DNA of 51,454 bases from Octopus bimaculoides. Lineage: Eukaryota. Below are positions 49,928 to 51,454 of this stretch, piece by piece. The translations under genes were made by a program, and so were the position numbers. How positions within the stretch are numbered: the stretch's first letter is position 1; every line of letters begins with the position of its first letter. The notes below the pieces were generated by a model. The model was not told where the DNA came from and made no database searches. It saw nothing but the letters and a program-made list of their open reading frames with translations. The stretch lies in contig NC_068990.1 of NCBI RefSeq assembly GCF_001194135.2, positions 51,844,271 to 51,895,724 on the forward strand, given 5' to 3'.

Positions 49928-49965
49928 CTGAAGATCCGGTGCACCTACAGATGAAACTCAGAGTA
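49928..49965 (+). ncRNA. Hammerhead-like motif (U after core, GUA triplet), weak P1
   Basis: CTGAAGA(49928-34)-tccggtgcacctacagat-GAAAC(49953-57)-tcaga-GTA(49963-65). P3 has 3 bp; P1 only 2 bp. It lies about 240 bp upstream of a Penelope fragment. Confidence 0.4.
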
Positions 49966-50199
49966 GTAAGAGACTAACTCTAAAGATGGTTTTTCTGAAC
50001 TCGGCACTCAGATATGGCATCTTATTGCTAGTTGGGTGTCTGATAGGCTTAACATGATAATTACACCTAAGAGTATAAGGGAAGAGTTTAATATGGGGTG
50101 AAGTGAGATATCTTCAGAATCCACTGCAGTGATAGAGATATCCCCGGCGTCAGGTACTGACTGCCACCGCCCACAGGCATTACTATCAACTTTTGCCTT

Positions 50200-51239
50200 C
50201 CTATCATAACTCATACGGTGGTAACCCCTTAAAACGCGGTGGGCGAACTAGAATTCGTGACGCCCACTTTGCCATTAATGTCCCTAGTACGTTACTCAAG
50301 CAATATTTTGCTTTGTTAGAAAAGTATTTCCCTAGATCTAGTATAATTAGAAAAATATTTAACCACCAATTTATCAAGCCGTCCAAGACAACATGCAAAA
50401 TAGCCGACATAATACGTCGTCTAAATAATAGTAAATTATACGTCTGCATAACAGTAAATTTCTAAATCCAGATGTACGTGGCAATAAAAATATTAATAGG
50501 ATACTAGCCAACTTCCGGCCCACGCCTAGTAACCCTACGAATTTATCTAGCCCTAACACTAGAATAGGCATCTACCTCAATAACACCGAATCAGGTCCAC
50601 TGCTCACTCCATATAACCGACAACCGACCTGCGAATCCGCTGACGCCGATTACTATTATAGTAGAAAATGTAAATGATGTCACCGACAATGACAACATCA
50701 CTTTAACCATCCAGTAGCTCTCTCGCTACTAACTTCGTAGCACCTCGTGACACAACAGGTGGCCCTTTAATACCCATACAGCGTCCGGGACAGGAAGCTC
50801 CTTTAGCGCCCGCGACGAAACTATGTAGATTAAAATACCAGCTTCCTGCCCTTTGGATAATAAATGTCTCGCCAAGAATATGTGTACAAGTACATGGTAT
50901 CTGCAGATGAATCTAGGTTTGCCTATGTCGGTGCGGACAGTGCCAATTTAAAGGCGAAATTACATAACCACTACATTAGCTTTCGGTCGGAGACAGACTA
51001 ATTGTACCTCTTTGTCTATGATAATCTATGATTTAAAGTGGAACTCAGTGGATTATAGTATTAAATGGTACATTGTTAAACATGCTAGACTGTATAGCGC
51101 ATATAGTAACAAGTCTGCACGCTACATTACTGAGATAATTACCATTATGCAATGTAATCATTGGGATAATAAACAAAGCAATCTGTCGATGTATTTTCGG
51201 TATCAGTTATGTAACAGATTCTTAACGTATAAATATTGA
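50200..51239 (+). mobile_element. Penelope-like element 3' fragment (linker + GIY-YIG)
   Basis: LLEKYFPRSSIIRKIFN; SCPLDNKCLAKN then (frameshift) VYKY...AYVG...HNHYISF; IIYDLKWNSVDYSIKWYIVKHA. Confidence 0.83.
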
Positions 51240-51454
51240 TTTCCATGCTATAGTTATCATTCCTTTAATCCATCAGGCCATTCCTTTACTCTTAGGGTTA
51301 CTTTGGTTTTTTTCTTTCAGCCGAAACTTTTTCCGTAATATATCTTACTTTCTATTTTTTAGGACCCTTCTTTGTATCATTTACTATTGCGTCATACCTA
51401 CTTGTTACTCTACCTGTTTATAAATTTATTCGGTTAAATATATATATATATATA

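Overview
AT-rich, microsatellite-dense animal genomic DNA with many N gaps. The SINE families and TTAGGG repeats suggest a coleoid cephalopod such as Octopus (inference, not checked). I found no credible host gene, rRNA, tRNA gene or CRISPR array; most listed ORFs are microsatellite or N-gap artefacts. The window is a mosaic of decayed mobile elements: two tandem R4/Dong-like non-LTR elements, six Penelope-like (RT/GIY-YIG) fragments, a HERO-like element, a near full-length RTE LINE, L1/Tx1-like ORF1 and ORF2 pieces, Tc1, pogo-type, Sola and Helitron remnants, and several tRNA-derived SINEs. Three things stand out. (i) About six hammerhead-ribozyme motifs occur, including a well-formed type I motif with a long stem II (4707-4812), one inside a 541-bp unit bounded by an exact direct repeat (retrozyme-like), and a variant pair in Penelope pseudo-LTRs. 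(ii) A long-TIR, 8-bp-TSD MITE family carries telomeric TTAGGG arrays (two copies). (iii) An internally deleted R4/Dong element sits in the (TAA)n tail of another. All family calls come from manual translation and motif recognition, not database searches.
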